A DNA stretch of 60,988 nt, filler included, from Circinaria calcarea (GCA_051942165.1; 10 parts of 10 records of this genome joined end to end with filler, not necessarily neighbours in it), one strand, 5' to 3'. Counted from the first letter of the whole stretch, positions 1 to 12,740 are shown. Translations and numbers: made by a program. The notes: a model not told the origin generated them from the letters alone.

Positions 1-1411
1 GGAGGAGGAGGAGGAGGAAGAGGAAGAGAAGGAGCTGTTTCTGGTGGTTGGATGGGTTGGATCAATGGGAGGGTGAGGCTGTGACATTGGAGGGGAAGGT
101 GGGTGAATGGTTTTGGAGGACACCAGGCGGATATTGCACGTCCTGGCTTGGGCAGTCCACAGAAATGACTTGTCGAGGTTGCCCCGTTACGGTAGTGCTG
201 CATAAGCAGGAGGCATTGAGCAGCAAGCAGCAGAACTGGCCGCACATGAACCGGGAGGAAGGGTGGAACGCAGTAGAGCCTGGGACAGGAGCCCCAGAAG
301 GCATGCACTGAGGTTTCGTAGACCGTGAGTGGATGAGAAGGGGTTAGTGAAAAGGAGGGAATGGGGGATGTACCCAGTTGAAGAAGTGGGTGTAGAGACT
401 CTGGAGTAGAATAAACGAGACGAAGAGGGATGGGATCTTGGTTCGATTAATGACTTTGGATGTCTAGCAAGTATTGCTGCAGGCTAGCGGATGAAATCAA
501 TATGAGAATGGGTACAAGGCTCCGTGGTCGCAAGGGGAGCGAGACTGTACACAGCCTCGCGAAATATTGCGGAGGCAAAGTGAATGCAGCTGCTATAAGA
601 AAGAGTACCTGTAGATTGTTCAAGTGGATTCGAGGGTAGAAGTTCTGCGAGACACATATCCCTGATTTATTGAAGGCCTCAGGAGTTGAATATCCAGAAC
701 GGGGTGCCGCTTGACCACTCGGGCATGCTGATCATCCGATAGGATAGTGGTGAAGAAGCTTAGCCTTAGTGGGTAGTCCGGTCCGGCCGGTCAGAAAGTC
801 CGAATGGGAGTTATACCTCCAGAGGTCATTCGCCGCATGCATATGAACTTCAAGCATTGAGATATTGGACCTCCTGAGCCTTTGACTTTTCTAGCGCTTC
901 AATGAAACTGAAGCTGATATCACTGTCCGTTCATACATATTGGCTATGTGAATGACTGGGGTCATCACCTGCAGCGCAATGTCTTCAGTGATCAAGTCAT
1001 GCTCAGGGAATGCGAGTAATAGGCTGAGCATTTCATACCTGTGTTACCTTATACCTTTGCATTGGCTCATCTCTGCAAATTCTTTGGCTGGAACTTTCTG
1101 TAGCAGCCTTGAAGTTCTCAAAGAATCCTAATTTCTACGCCATATTTCCTCCGTGACTTTGCCCCGATATCAATACTGCTGGTTGTTATGGTTGGTGCCG
1201 CGCCTTACAGGTTGTACAACGCGAGACTGTAGTTCTCCTGATTTCGGCTTTTTTCCCTTCCTTCTCTTTGCTCCTACAATCACGGTATCAACCCACAAGC
1301 AATTTTATCTACTTGAATCTGAGCCTGGCTTTCCACCTCTTACTCTTTCTTGCTAAGATCCTTCTGTGAAGAACCTTCCAATAAGTAGACAAAGGACTTT
1401 TACATCTGATT

Positions 1412-4071
1412 ATGGCTGATCCTTTATCATTTACCGCTGGTATTATCGCCGTAATAGGTGCTGCTGATGGCATAGTCAAAACGCTTGCAAAGGTCAGGAG
1501 TATGAAGAACGCACCTGACGAGCTTCTAGCCTTGACCAACGAAGTCTCCGATCTTCGAATCATCCTGGGCGATATTGACAATTACTTTTCTCAGAGTACG
1601 AACAGGGCACAAACGCCCCAGGAACAATTGGAGCATATGTCTGTTCTTATTAATAGGGCGAAGGAACGTATACTTGAACTTGATCAACTTATCCAATACA
1701 AACTTGTTAAGCCCGAGTCTGTGTCGGATCAAATTAAAGTATCCCGACAGCAATGGGCTCGAGCAAAGGATGTAATTGAGAAATTCCGACAGAGTTTGCG
1801 AGATATGAGGCTTAATCTTATGGCTCAGATGCTCACAATCAACTCGTATGTTTATTCTAGTCCGCTTTAAGTAATCTGGCTAATTTCAGAAGCTCCCACC
1901 AGGGTCGTATTGGCCTTACTGTCGATGAGATTTATATAATCTCTGACCAACTCCATGCGTCCCAGATTCGTACCAATAATCTTGCTATGCAGAAGCTTGA
2001 TGAGCATTCCAAGCTTCTCACCGATATCCTAAATAGCCAGGCCGACCTGCAGGGCCGCTTTCCACTCAGACTGACATCTTCACACCACGCTGATCTACCG
2101 TCGAGCGCCTTCGTAGCGCCGACTGACGCGCATTCACAGAATTCTCTTATCGGCGTTAGAGCTTATATTCCTCGACTTCAACGATATCGTTGTTCCTCCC
2201 ATTGTACATGTGTTTGCCACGCCGTGCACTGTTTTAGATCGCCAAACGCACTTCATATGGCTATTGGAAGGTTATTCGTCGGATATTCAGGATACCCCAT
2301 AAATGCCAGAGTACGATGTACAGAGGCGAACTGTAAGGCTCAGTTGGATGCCTGGGCTTACGTCGATTACGTCTTTCCTTCTTGGCTGCTTACTAAAAGT
2401 CTTACCATTACCCTCGTGACTCGATCATACGGTGAAATTAACATATCTTTGAGAGTCAGAAGGGTTGTACCCACAGGCGCGGAGATCCATCGCCTATGCG
2501 AGTTAGATGATGTGGGTGGCCTCCGACGTCTGTTTGATAGAGGATTAGCGTCACCAAATGATACGATGTCTGACACTGGAAGATCTGTTCTCGATGTAAG
2601 TTATATATATTTTTCAAAGCTCGTTATTTGATTTTAGACGAATTTCGCTATAGTATTCTGATATTCGATTTTACGGAAATGTGTTTTGTGAATTTAATAT
2701 TCTGACGACATGGTTGCTTCAGATCGCGGTGACTGTTCTATGTTTCAAATCTTGCAAGTTTCTACTAGATGCTGGTGCAGATCCTCACTTGACAGAAGGG
2801 AGTAATTTCGAAGAGTTAGTTGGCCTCCTAAAACTGCTTTAGTTAATGTCAAAGCTGATATACGTAGCTCGGCTTTTGGGACGGCGTGGACACTTATCTT
2901 TCGAGATTTCAGAAATCCAACTCGGGTCGAGACTATACGAAGTTTATTTCCAGATAACGGTAATTATCTGGAAGAGCGTGGATTCTCGAAACTCCACAAG
3001 ATTGTGCTAGGTATCACCTCACATAGGTTAGAAGAGGAGTTAAGTATTTGTGGTGCCAGTATTGATGCATGTGACGCTGAGGGAAACACACCACTCATTT
3101 GGGCAGTTCGACGAAATGACACCATCGCTATCCGTCTCCTTCTCAGCGCTGGAGCTGATCCGAATATCTGCAATAAACGGGGTTCCTCGGCTTTAATATA
3201 TGCTGCTCAAATTCTTGATCCCGCGTATGTAAAGCTCCTACTAAGAGCCGAGGCCGATCCCCGTCAGACTAACAATGACGGATGTAATGCGTTGCATTTT
3301 GCAGCGTACCATCAGGATAACAGAGAAATGATTGAAGTTCTAGTATGTGCTTGTATTAGTCCTAATTGGCGAAACAATTGGAGTACTACACCACTCTCTA
3401 TGTCTGCGAAGCACAATTTTGTTATTTCGGCGGAAGCATTAATAGATCTGGGCGCTGATATTAACTCTCGTGACGACGAAGGTGATACAGCCTTACATAA
3501 TGCTGTTCATTTCTGTGCAGACGATGTAACGCAGCTATTACTCGCTCGTGGAGCTACCTATACTTCTTGGAGCAGTGACGGATTTTCGATCATTCATAAG
3601 GCAGCTCTGGTCGGCGGCCTCAGGACACTCGAAATCTTACAGCAGGCCAGTTTCAAGGAAATAGACCCCGACGCCATTAGTCGCCAAGGAAGTACGCCGC
3701 TACAGTTAGCTGTGCAACGCGAAGAAAAGCCAGAAGGATTCGTCGAGAAACTCCAAGAATTACTCACCGACATCCGCGCTCGGAATGCTGAACTGGAGAG
3801 ATCCCGGAGGGATCAGGGTGACGAGGTTCTTCCTGGAAACATGAGACCATACGCTCCATTTAAATGGATTCGTCTTGCTCTCAATAGCTTTCGCAACTGG
3901 ATACTTGAAACGCGCTGGACTCAAGACCTCCGAGACAAGCTTCGACATATAGTCTCGGAATCTACTTGGATGACTCTCTGTGTCTACTGGATGTTAGGGT
4001 TAGGCTGGGCGGGATTCATCTATCTGATGCTCGAACGTACGCGGTTTGGGGGATCGCCACAGCCGATTTAG
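1412..4071 (+). CDS. HeLo-like/SesA (fungal STAND N-terminal) domain + Cys-rich region + ankyrin-repeat protein; 4 exons (1412-1845, ~1890-2595, 2723-2814, 2868-4071)
   Basis: N-terminus MADPLSFTAGIIAVIGAA...LLALTNEVSDL is typical of Helo_like_N/SesA domains. Ankyrin repeats include GNTPLIWAV, GCNALHFAA, GDTALHNAV and GSTPLQLAV. Donors GTATGT (1846), GTAAGT (2596) and GTTAGT (2815), each with branch site and AG, join ORFs 1412, 1987 and 3004 in frame. Confidence 0.85.
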
Positions 4072-6022
4072 CTAGCTGGTTTCAGAAGAAAGTAAGGAGG
4101 CGAACTGGGCTAGGAAAGGAGAAGCGGAACGAGGAGAGCAATGAAGACTTTAAAAATCGGCGGGGGAGAAGAATAGGGGTATGTCTGAGTGGATGAGCGG
4201 AGTAACAAGGAGAATGTGTTTTCCTTATAGTGATCTCGTTAGTGGGTTTCTTATTCTGTGCGTAACAAGATTCACTAACGCTCCTTCGCTTCTACTTCAA
4301 TCTCACACCTAGAAAATCATATTCCACATCTCTCTCTCTAGCTCTGAATGTGACACAACGCGATTGTCATTATGATACTGCAATTTTGGAAGAACTGCGA
4401 CTGTCTTGGCCTATCCGAGCTATTTACTCGTCAAGGCTTAACTTTCTTTACGCGCCCTTTTCTAGGACCCGGGAGACGGGGTAAGAAACACAAGGTCAAG
4501 AAGAGAGTATCTCAAACCACCACAGCAACGAATATGGAACAAGGCGATGTGTTGTCCTCATGGTAAGTCCACCTCTCCGGAAATCGCTATTAGGCCCTGA
4601 CGCAGCAGCCCCAGCCGTACACATGCATCCTTCCGAACTCACGCGTTCGCTAGAAGCCAGAGCCTCCAGGCTAGAGCCCGGCAGCCCTTAACGCATACAT
4701 ACCAGCATTCGCAAGCTTTCCAACGCGGGAAGATTACTGCATCCGTATTAGTCATTATCAGGCTTGTTAGGTGCCTACCAGGAAATAGCTAAAGATATAG
4801 CAGCCTCCCGGTATGAGTTATCCTAGGCCCTTTGCTAATAGCTCAAACCTCTCCCCCTCCTCCCCCTCCTACCCTCGTCCCAAACCTCCATCCTCTCGAA
4901 GCGTATGCGAAGCTATTTCCTGCCTCGGTTTTCCAATCCGCACCCCTGCCGCCTTTCACACCCAGATTACGGCAAAGACGGGTATCCCTTATCCATATTC
5001 GAGATGTCCCAGGACCCAAAGCCCAGTGTACAGGCGTACCAAAACTCTTTTACCTGGCGAACTCCTTCTCACCCTCTAACTGGCTGCAACTCCCACGGCA
5101 GCCAAACTCTCTTCAAGAACTTCAAATCGGGTCTGTGGTATTTACTGTGCCGCTACCTAACCATTCAGGCCATGCTCTCGAAACCTCCCCTCTTTTCCAC
5201 CCTCGGATGCGAGTCCCGCACCACTACCATCATCAAGAGGTCCTTGTGGCAAGGAGATGGCACGTGCACGTGCATGTACACATACCCTTTGCACAAGTTC
5301 CACTGTATTGAAAGCAATGCTGAGCGAGACGGGCAGCTGGTTTGGAAATCCAACTCTTAGTACTTAGGCGTAATAAATGGTGACCAAAATCTATCGTTCG
5401 TTTTTCTGGGATTGATACCATGCCCACTGTCGAAAAACTGCTCACTGCACTACCACTATTCCACCCCTGAATCCATCAATTGGCGAGTCCTCGTACCCGT
5501 CGCCGTACCCGTCCCCATTCCTGGAACTAGAGCTGGAGCTAGGGTATCAAGCTTGCGGAGAGGCACGGCAAGCATAGCAAAGCCCAAACCCGCAACACCA
5601 CTCTCTACCTATCTAATCCCATAAGCTAGAAAACGGGAACCGGGGAACAGGAACAGCAACCGGAGCAACTAAAAACCGTATCCGCTCGAAGCCAAGCTTG
5701 CACAAGCCTAGCGGACCTAGACCAAAAAGTCGAGGATAACGACCTATACATGAACATTTTAAATCTTGTGTCCAGATAGAGAAAGAGAGTACTTACCGCC
5801 TCCTACTCCTTTCCATGACCCCTCCGGAATACCCCCACTCACTTTATCCAAACCCTCCATGCCCAACCTCCCAACCTCTCAACCTCCCCATTAATCGTTT
5901 TCTTTTATTCCATTCCATTCCATCCCATCCCACAAAGAAAAGAAGATCCTGCAAATCCTCAGTTCACGTCAAATCAATTCTAAGAAACACCATCCCCCAT
6001 CCCCCCTCCCCCATCCCAAACC

Positions 6023-6122
6023 NNNNNNNNNNNNNNNNNNNNNNNNNNNNNNNNNNNNNNNNNNNNTTAATTAATTAANNNNNNNNNNNNNNNNNNNNNN
6101 NNNNNNNNNNNNNNNNNNNNNN
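6023..6122. other. Artificial contig linker
   Basis: 44 N + TTAATTAATTAA (stops in all six frames) + 44 N. Confidence 0.99.
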
Positions 6123-7641
6123 ACTCTTTAAATTGAAACTTCTCTGATATATACCGCTCCCAGGCAATTCAGGTGCCGTCCGCGCCCAGTTCAGGCATAA
6201 CCTCCCGCCCCGCTCCTTCGGTGCCTCGGTCCGCGTGATGCTGTATCCCTCCTCGATATGAACAGAATTGTGGTATGATTTGGGACAAAATTCGGACTTG
6301 CAAGGATGGAGTACATTCCTGCAGAACGAAGCAGTACGGTCCTATTGGAGAGTGTTTTGACAAAGATGCTCTGGTCCATCGGACGCGAGCTATTAATCTT
6401 GCATTCTCTCACGCTTGAAAAATAGTTTGGAACAATCAAGGAATATTGGCTGAAGCTGCAATGCCGCTCTCCTTGCCGCCAGAAAGGTCAATCTTGCCGA
6501 AAAATAGAAATGACACGTCCCCTTAAAATGACAGTGCCCAGGTCCATCTTCCTATCCTATTACTCCTTAGTTATCAATCTCAATGGAGAGTGGGAATGGC
6601 TTTCCTCAGAGCAAGTTGCGGGACATAAAAACCTCCGTCAGCTACAAAGTACACCTTCCCATATCAAAGTGCAGTTCCGTGTGCAATTCCTGAATTGACT
6701 CCCTACCATATCTCCTCCAACAAGGACTAAGAAATCATACTGGGTATGGGCTCATTAATACTCTATTATCTTGCTCCCTGCGGAGCGTGTGACTCGCGCA
6801 TAGGATTCCTCCCTCCCATATTTGGTACAGGCTCGCATCTGCACTCGTTTATTGTTCTGGTTCAAGTGCTAAGCACGGCGACTTGTTTCGTTGAACTTTC
6901 ACAACGGCAGGACATAGTACAGTATTATCACTAGTGATGAAGTAGTGGGCACACCAATTTTTGGTCGCCTTGTAATGACCTTAAAGGGTTAGAGGGCAAA
7001 GGCTTAGTGTTCGTAGCGTGACATACGGAGTAAAGTTTTCTTTTGTTTTGTGTGCGAACTACATACGACGATCACCAGCGTGTTGGATCGCCGGCTTGGT
7101 GACTTGACCGTGTATGGTTGCAAATTTTTTATCGGATCAGAGATAGGCATTGCATTACATTCATACAAGTTAGTGGACATGACCAAAAGGTGTTGGTGGT
7201 AGTGTGCCAGAAGCTTAACATCAGCGGTGCATTGTAACGTTACGTCGGTACTGATTTGTCAAAGATAGCAAAAGAAAGCTTATGCATCTCAAATTCTGGC
7301 CCAGTAAAGAAGCCTTTATCATCCTTTGGGTTTCATGGTCGTGTGCTCTATACCACCACCATGGTGTTTCGGAAACTGATATTTACATCATTGAAGTAAC
7401 GTAGGTGAGAGCATGGAAGAGCTGGACAGCCCTATGCTCGACGAGATAGTTTTACATAAGAGATTCATCATGTCCAACATCGCTCCTCACTCAAGAGCGA
7501 AAGTTTCCACTGTTCATTCTATCTTCTTACTTTTTTTCAAGTCTCGTCTTGGCAGTGATCCAGGGCAGTTTGATTAGAAAGCCACGTACATAGACTGTAC
7601 CCTTCAAGCTTCTAGCATTTCCCTCTCGTCCAAGTTTCACC

Positions 7642-8233
7642 ATGCAGGCCAAGTTTCTTCTCAACGCGATCGTCCTTTCTGCTCTTGGCATATCCGTTAT
7701 TGCCCAGGAAAATGGCGGAGTTACTACAACGACTACGACCTCGTTTAGCTTTTCAACCTACGCAACATACACTCCTCCAGTACCAACCACCAGCTCTCGC
7801 ACTCCCCGACAGGTAAGCTACGTTCAGTCTCTTTCCGCATGTGTATCATGTATCGGTACTAACAATTTCTCCTTCATAGTCCTTGTTTCAAGCCGAAGGC
7901 AGCGCCTCATATTTCAACGCTCTCATTACACAAGCCGATTTTTCTTCAGTCCGAAGTGTCCTCCTCACTGTCTGCCCCACTCCTATCCAAGACTACTGGA
8001 CTCGAGACTTTCCCAACATAATAAGCGCGTACGCCTTGGTTACACCGGCCCCAGATTGGATCAGCGAAGGCCTGGATGCCCCCGGCCAAGAATTCATCCA
8101 GAGTGTGGGTGTGGCTGAGAGGCAATTCGTTGCAGCGGCCTTCGAAGCCTCTGCACCGACTGGGATGTCGAAAGGGATCGTGGCTATGGCGGTAGGTGTA
8201 GCCGCGGGTATGGTGGGCATAGCGATGATGTGA
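7642..8233 (+). CDS. Small secreted, probably GPI-anchored protein; 2 exons (7642-7812, 7880-8233)
   Basis: Signal peptide MQAKFLLNAIVLSALGISVIA, Thr-rich stretch, intron GTAAGC...CTAAC...TAG at 7813-7879 in phase 0, and hydrophobic C-terminus GIVAMAVGVAAGMVGIAMM. Confidence 0.85.
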
Positions 8234-8839
8234 AAGGACTGTGGATTCGAGTTGGAAGATGTCTGTGATAGAAGGTGAAAGCATTGCATAGCACTTGGTT
8301 GGCGTTGGGCTTTGTGGGAGATCCTTTGCATGGACGGTGTTCTACATATGATGCAGATTTTGTACATTAGACCTGGGCCGTCGAGCTCAAACTTCGTCTT
8401 TTTCACAAGCGATGAATGCTGGGCATCTTTGCTGTTTAGATAACTACTTTCCATACCCACCAAAATACGGGTTCGGCCATGAATAGTAGCTCGGATCTAT
8501 CCACGTCAAGCGTAATAATGAGGTGAAAAAATGACCTCTCTCTGTTGTAAGATAGATGTTATACGAATTTCGTGGTTCAGATGCCCTGGTTGGTTCGCTT
8601 GGGCTTAGGGCTGAGGAACGGATTAGATCCAACGGGTATCCGTTCAACTATGATCCAGAGGAGTAATCTATCGCGAGTTCATAACACAATTCCCCATCTT
8701 TCCACCCTCCATTCCTGATAACAGGGCCCTTCCGAATGGCTGTTCACAAAACACAAGTGCTGGAGTTCTCCAGCGATTTCACCGAGCAACATAATCGAGT
8801 CTTTGTGTTGATCAGATCGTTTACCACATGCCTGATAGA

Positions 8840-10255
8840 ATGGGGCCCCCTAATATCCTCATGGTAAGTAAACGCATCATCATGCTTGTAAGATGGTAAG
8901 CTAATATCCATAGGTTGGTACTGGAGGGTATACTACCGGCTTCGTTGGCGGCGGCATGTCCGGTTCAGACAAGAAAGTGGGTGTTGTCGGGCTGACTCTG
9001 TTCGACCTGCGACGTCGAGGAAAAGTAGGCAAGCTTAGCATGGTAGGGACGTCAGGATTCAAGTTCCCGGCAACCCGTATGCCTTTGCCATGCCCTGTAC
9101 CATTTACCATTGACCTTCGGCCATCCAGGCGAGCACCTTCAAAAGAACATTTCTTGCAAATATAATAATCTCGATGTTTCCTTTGACTCTTTCCCTTCCG
9201 ATACGACCTCTCATGATCCTAACGCCTATAAAGCTGCTATTGACGCTTTGACACCTGGCGACGCAATCACTATCTTCACACCGGACCCAACTCATTTTTC
9301 TATTGCTTTGTATGGAGTCCAGCGACGTATTCATGTCCTGATTACCAAGCCTGCTACCAAACTACTTGCTCATGACCAGGAGCTACTGTCCGAATCCCAA
9401 AAACATGGCGTATTCGTCTTCATCGAGCACCACAAACGATTTGATCCGGCGTACTCGGACGCCAAAGCACGAGCAAAGGATTTGGGGGACTTCAATTATT
9501 TCTACAGCTACATGTCCCAGCCCAAGTCACAACTCGAGACATTCAAGGCTTGGGCAGGAAAGGACAGTGGCATTTCTTATTACCTCAACTCTCATCATGT
9601 TGATGTCTGTGAGTCTATAGTTCCGAACTATCGCCCTATCCGAGTGACTGCTAATGGATCAAAAGGAACCGCGGAAGGTCTAGGATGCGTAAGAGGAACC
9701 GAAGATACTATTTCGCTGCTTGTCAGTTGGGAAAAGCAAGGAGAACCCGGCAAAACAGCCACGGGAGTTTACACAGCCAGCTGGACTGCTCCGCAAAGAG
9801 CTAGTGTACGCTCGAATCAGTATTTTCATTGTATGTTTTTCTTCCCCTCAATGTGAGATCTAGTGAATTGGACAAAGCCTGATCAATCTGCCATTCAGAC
9901 ATGGCCTCGAACGGAGAAATACGTATCGACCAGGCCAAACGAGGCTATGATGTGGCTGCCGACTCCGCCGGTCAGCTGATGTGGTACAATCCTTTTTACA
10001 TGAAGTATGCACCAGACGAAGAAGGCAATTTCAACAGGCAAACAGGGTATGGCTACATTAGCTTTAAGAAGTTTGTCGATGCTGTCACAGCTTTGAACGA
10101 CGGGAAGATTACCTTGGATGAGCTGGATGAGAGGACTGCCTACGCTGAAAAACACGATTGCTACAACGGCAATCCTGGAGGCCGAAAGGAGAAGCTTGGA
10201 TGAAGGAAGGACGGTGGCAATCGTTGAGAAGTAAGGGGTATGGGAGTTGAACTAG
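8840..10255 (+). pseudogene. gaaA: D-galacturonate reductase (Gfo/Idh/MocA-type, GaaA), disrupted near the 3' end
   Basis: Exons 8840-8863, 8914-9076, 9129-9830 and 9899 onward give [55 protein letters not shown] and NPFYMKYAPDEEGNF. The conserved tail LPTLKNTIATTAILEA lies in another frame after ~10135 and contains an in-frame TAA at 10232-10234. Confidence 0.8.
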
Positions 10256-11656
10256 CGATGAGATGTCGCCACCTTTTGGTGTATGGCCTATGCATTTATA
10301 TGGCCTGATACCGTTGATTCCTGATTGCTAAGAGGACCACGCGCCAGGCTGTTTCTCCCTACCGCCATGCGATTTTGTAAATGTACTGCGTAGTACTGTG
10401 TGATTCACGTCAAGCGCAAACCCGCGCCACCAAGGCCGAGGTCTGCCTCGCGACAGCGCATTTTGTAGGCTGTACAATTAAGCGTACCAGAGATTCTAGA
10501 CATGTCTACTACATCGCCACGGAAGACTGCTAATGGAGAAAGCGAGAGAGTCCAGCAATATTGTGAAAATGCCCTGGAAAACGACGGCGAACTCCCACGA
10601 CGACATCGGGCCTCGGCGGCGAAAAGAAAAGGGCCGTGTGAGGCGGTGCTGGAACCCCCCTGAAGGCAGCTAACCCCGAGGGAGTATGGTCGTCCGGGCA
10701 TTCTTGAAGCCGAGGGACATTTACTATGGTACGACCTAGTCTCAGCTCAGTAAGGCATTTGACATACGAATGCTCCGTAGCGCTACAGCGTACCATGTCA
10801 CTCTGACTCCGTTACAACCTGCTACGTATTCTGCGGTTGAAGTAACGCATTCCTCGTGACGAAGTAAAAGGTGGCTGGGAGCTGACGACTTGACAATGGG
10901 TTTGGGTCATCCCTTTCCACCAAGCCAAGCACCCAAAGCGACCGGATGATGCTACCTAGCCCCTAGCCCCTAGCCCTTTAACCTCTGGTCGGAGATGGTT
11001 TCCTCGCGAGGGCCAAGACCGTCGCGAGCGGAGAAGAGACGGGGGCGGTTCGTCAAACCTGGTGGCGGTTAGCTACGGACGGGATTTGATGAAGTCGGAA
11101 GGCGCCTAGAAGGAGTGTTCTGGTCTCATCCTGAGGACCTCGGCGGAGGCTTATTGGGTGTAGGCTGAACAATTGGCGCCTGAGATGTCTACTGTGAAGA
11201 TTTTGCAAGGGCAGGCGCCTATGAGGCTCTCCCCAGCGCCATCCAAGGGCTTCGCCATTCGTCTACTCTTCATACCAGTAGGTAGAAATCAAATTCCATA
11301 CTATCAAAATCCACCGGCGTCAAACTTGAGTTTCCAAGTATTGCCCAGACCGTGCCGCAGCAAGCTGTCGCAATCCTGTCTAATGTGGGGTGACTATCGA
11401 TATTGGGACGGGAGATGATCAATTTCGCAAATCTACTTTGCCCGCCAAGCACGGCCGAGGGGGCAGTGCACGCCACCGCACACCCTCCACCCTCAAATAC
11501 TCCTGGGATAGACTTCTCTTATCAAAGCTGAGATATACTGCACTATGTACGCAGCCTTACCTGTCTTGCCCTACTCATTGATCCTCTCTTGCTTAAAGCC
11601 TTTCGATTCAATCTGCGTAGTAAAGACAATTCAATTTTAACGTCGCTCTTCTAGAC

Positions 11657-12141
11657 ATGACTGAAAGCGGTGGGCTATTGCCGCCTCAGATAACAGTTGA
11701 TCATGAAGTAAGTATCAGGAAACCAGTTGCCTTGTGGTCCGAAACTAATTGAAATAATCAGGCTTCACGAAGAACAAACCCAGATTCGGAAAAGATTGTC
11801 GCTCCTGCAACTATATCGACAGATGTAACATCACTTTCTCTACAGGTGCCTACCTCACCGACAAAAGCAGGGTCACTAGATGGCGAGACCTTACGTTCAA
11901 GATCCGGTTCCTTCGTGTCAAATGCCGATACTGCGAGGCCAAGAACACTATCAGATGTGGGCTCGGTACGTCCACGATTTGAGGGAGATGATCTTACGCT
12001 GGAGGAGGCGCTGCAACCGGACAAGACGAATGAACAGGATTTTGAGGTTGCGAATAACCCGTTTGCCTTCTCTCCTGGCCAATTGAACAAACTCCTCAAT
12101 CCAAAGTCGTTAGCAGCATACAAAGCCCTCGGGGGGATCAA
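11657..12141 (+). CDS. pmc1: PMCA/PMC1-type P-type Ca2+-ATPase, 5' fragment truncated by contig end (intron 11708-11761)
   Basis: NNPFAFSPGQLNKLLNPKSLAAYKALGG is the characteristic N-terminal segment of fungal PMC-type Ca2+ pumps. Intron GTAAGT...CTAAT...CAG keeps the frame. Confidence 0.8.
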
Positions 12142-12241
12142 NNNNNNNNNNNNNNNNNNNNNNNNNNNNNNNNNNNNNNNNNNNNTTAATTAATTAANNN
12201 NNNNNNNNNNNNNNNNNNNNNNNNNNNNNNNNNNNNNNNNN
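12142..12241. other. Artificial contig linker
   Basis: 44 N + TTAATTAATTAA + 44 N. Confidence 0.99.
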
Positions 12242-12740
12242 CCTCGAAACATGTAAACCATTCCCCAAACCCTGTTCTCTTCACACTTCCCACCTCCCCC
12301 TTTATCAACACGCCTGCTTTCTCCATGTCTCAGCGATTTCCGGTCCTAAAACGTACTCCTCTCCGACAGAACCCGACCTGGACTTTATTTTCGGTAGGGT
12401 GGGTTACGAGTTAAGGTTAGGGTAGAAACCGTGAGCTGACTCCTAGTGGGTTCAATGGAGGAGGAATCTGTAGCCTCTGACATAGCGACTCCGGGTGGAG
12501 AGAACTCCCCTCCTCAGTTTCCGTTTTCAGGGAACACTAAAGGTGCAGGTGGGGACAACAAAGATTATCCACACGGGGGTATGCTCCTTTCATAATCCGG
12601 TGTTGATGGTGCTGGCTGTGGGCGAGAAAATGGTGAAGAAGATTGCACAGACGGGGAATTCATGCCCATCAAAGAAAATGATAACAGGTGTGCAAACTTT
12701 GGTAGGCTAGACATCTAAGTGTAGCGCCTAGATCTGATAT

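Noticed and set aside
1..450. Possible small minus-strand spliced gene (GTACAT...CTAAC...CAG, Cys-rich ORF 62-304)
   Set aside because: No clear start codon or recognisable product, and it lies at a contig edge.
4534..5360. Possible degenerate gene (ATG + GTAAGT intron, overlapping ORFs of 88-159 aa)
   Set aside because: No recognisable motifs, and no coherent long spliced frame could be built.
6067..6078. Regularly spaced TTAATTAATTAA (about every 6.1 kb) as a repeat array or element boundary
   Set aside because: Always embedded in exactly 44+44 N. It is an artificial six-frame-stop linker.
6191..6439. MDQSIFVKTLSNRTVLL resembling the ubiquitin N-terminus
   Set aside because: Similarity ends after ~15 residues, and the rest of the ubiquitin fold is absent in all frames I read.
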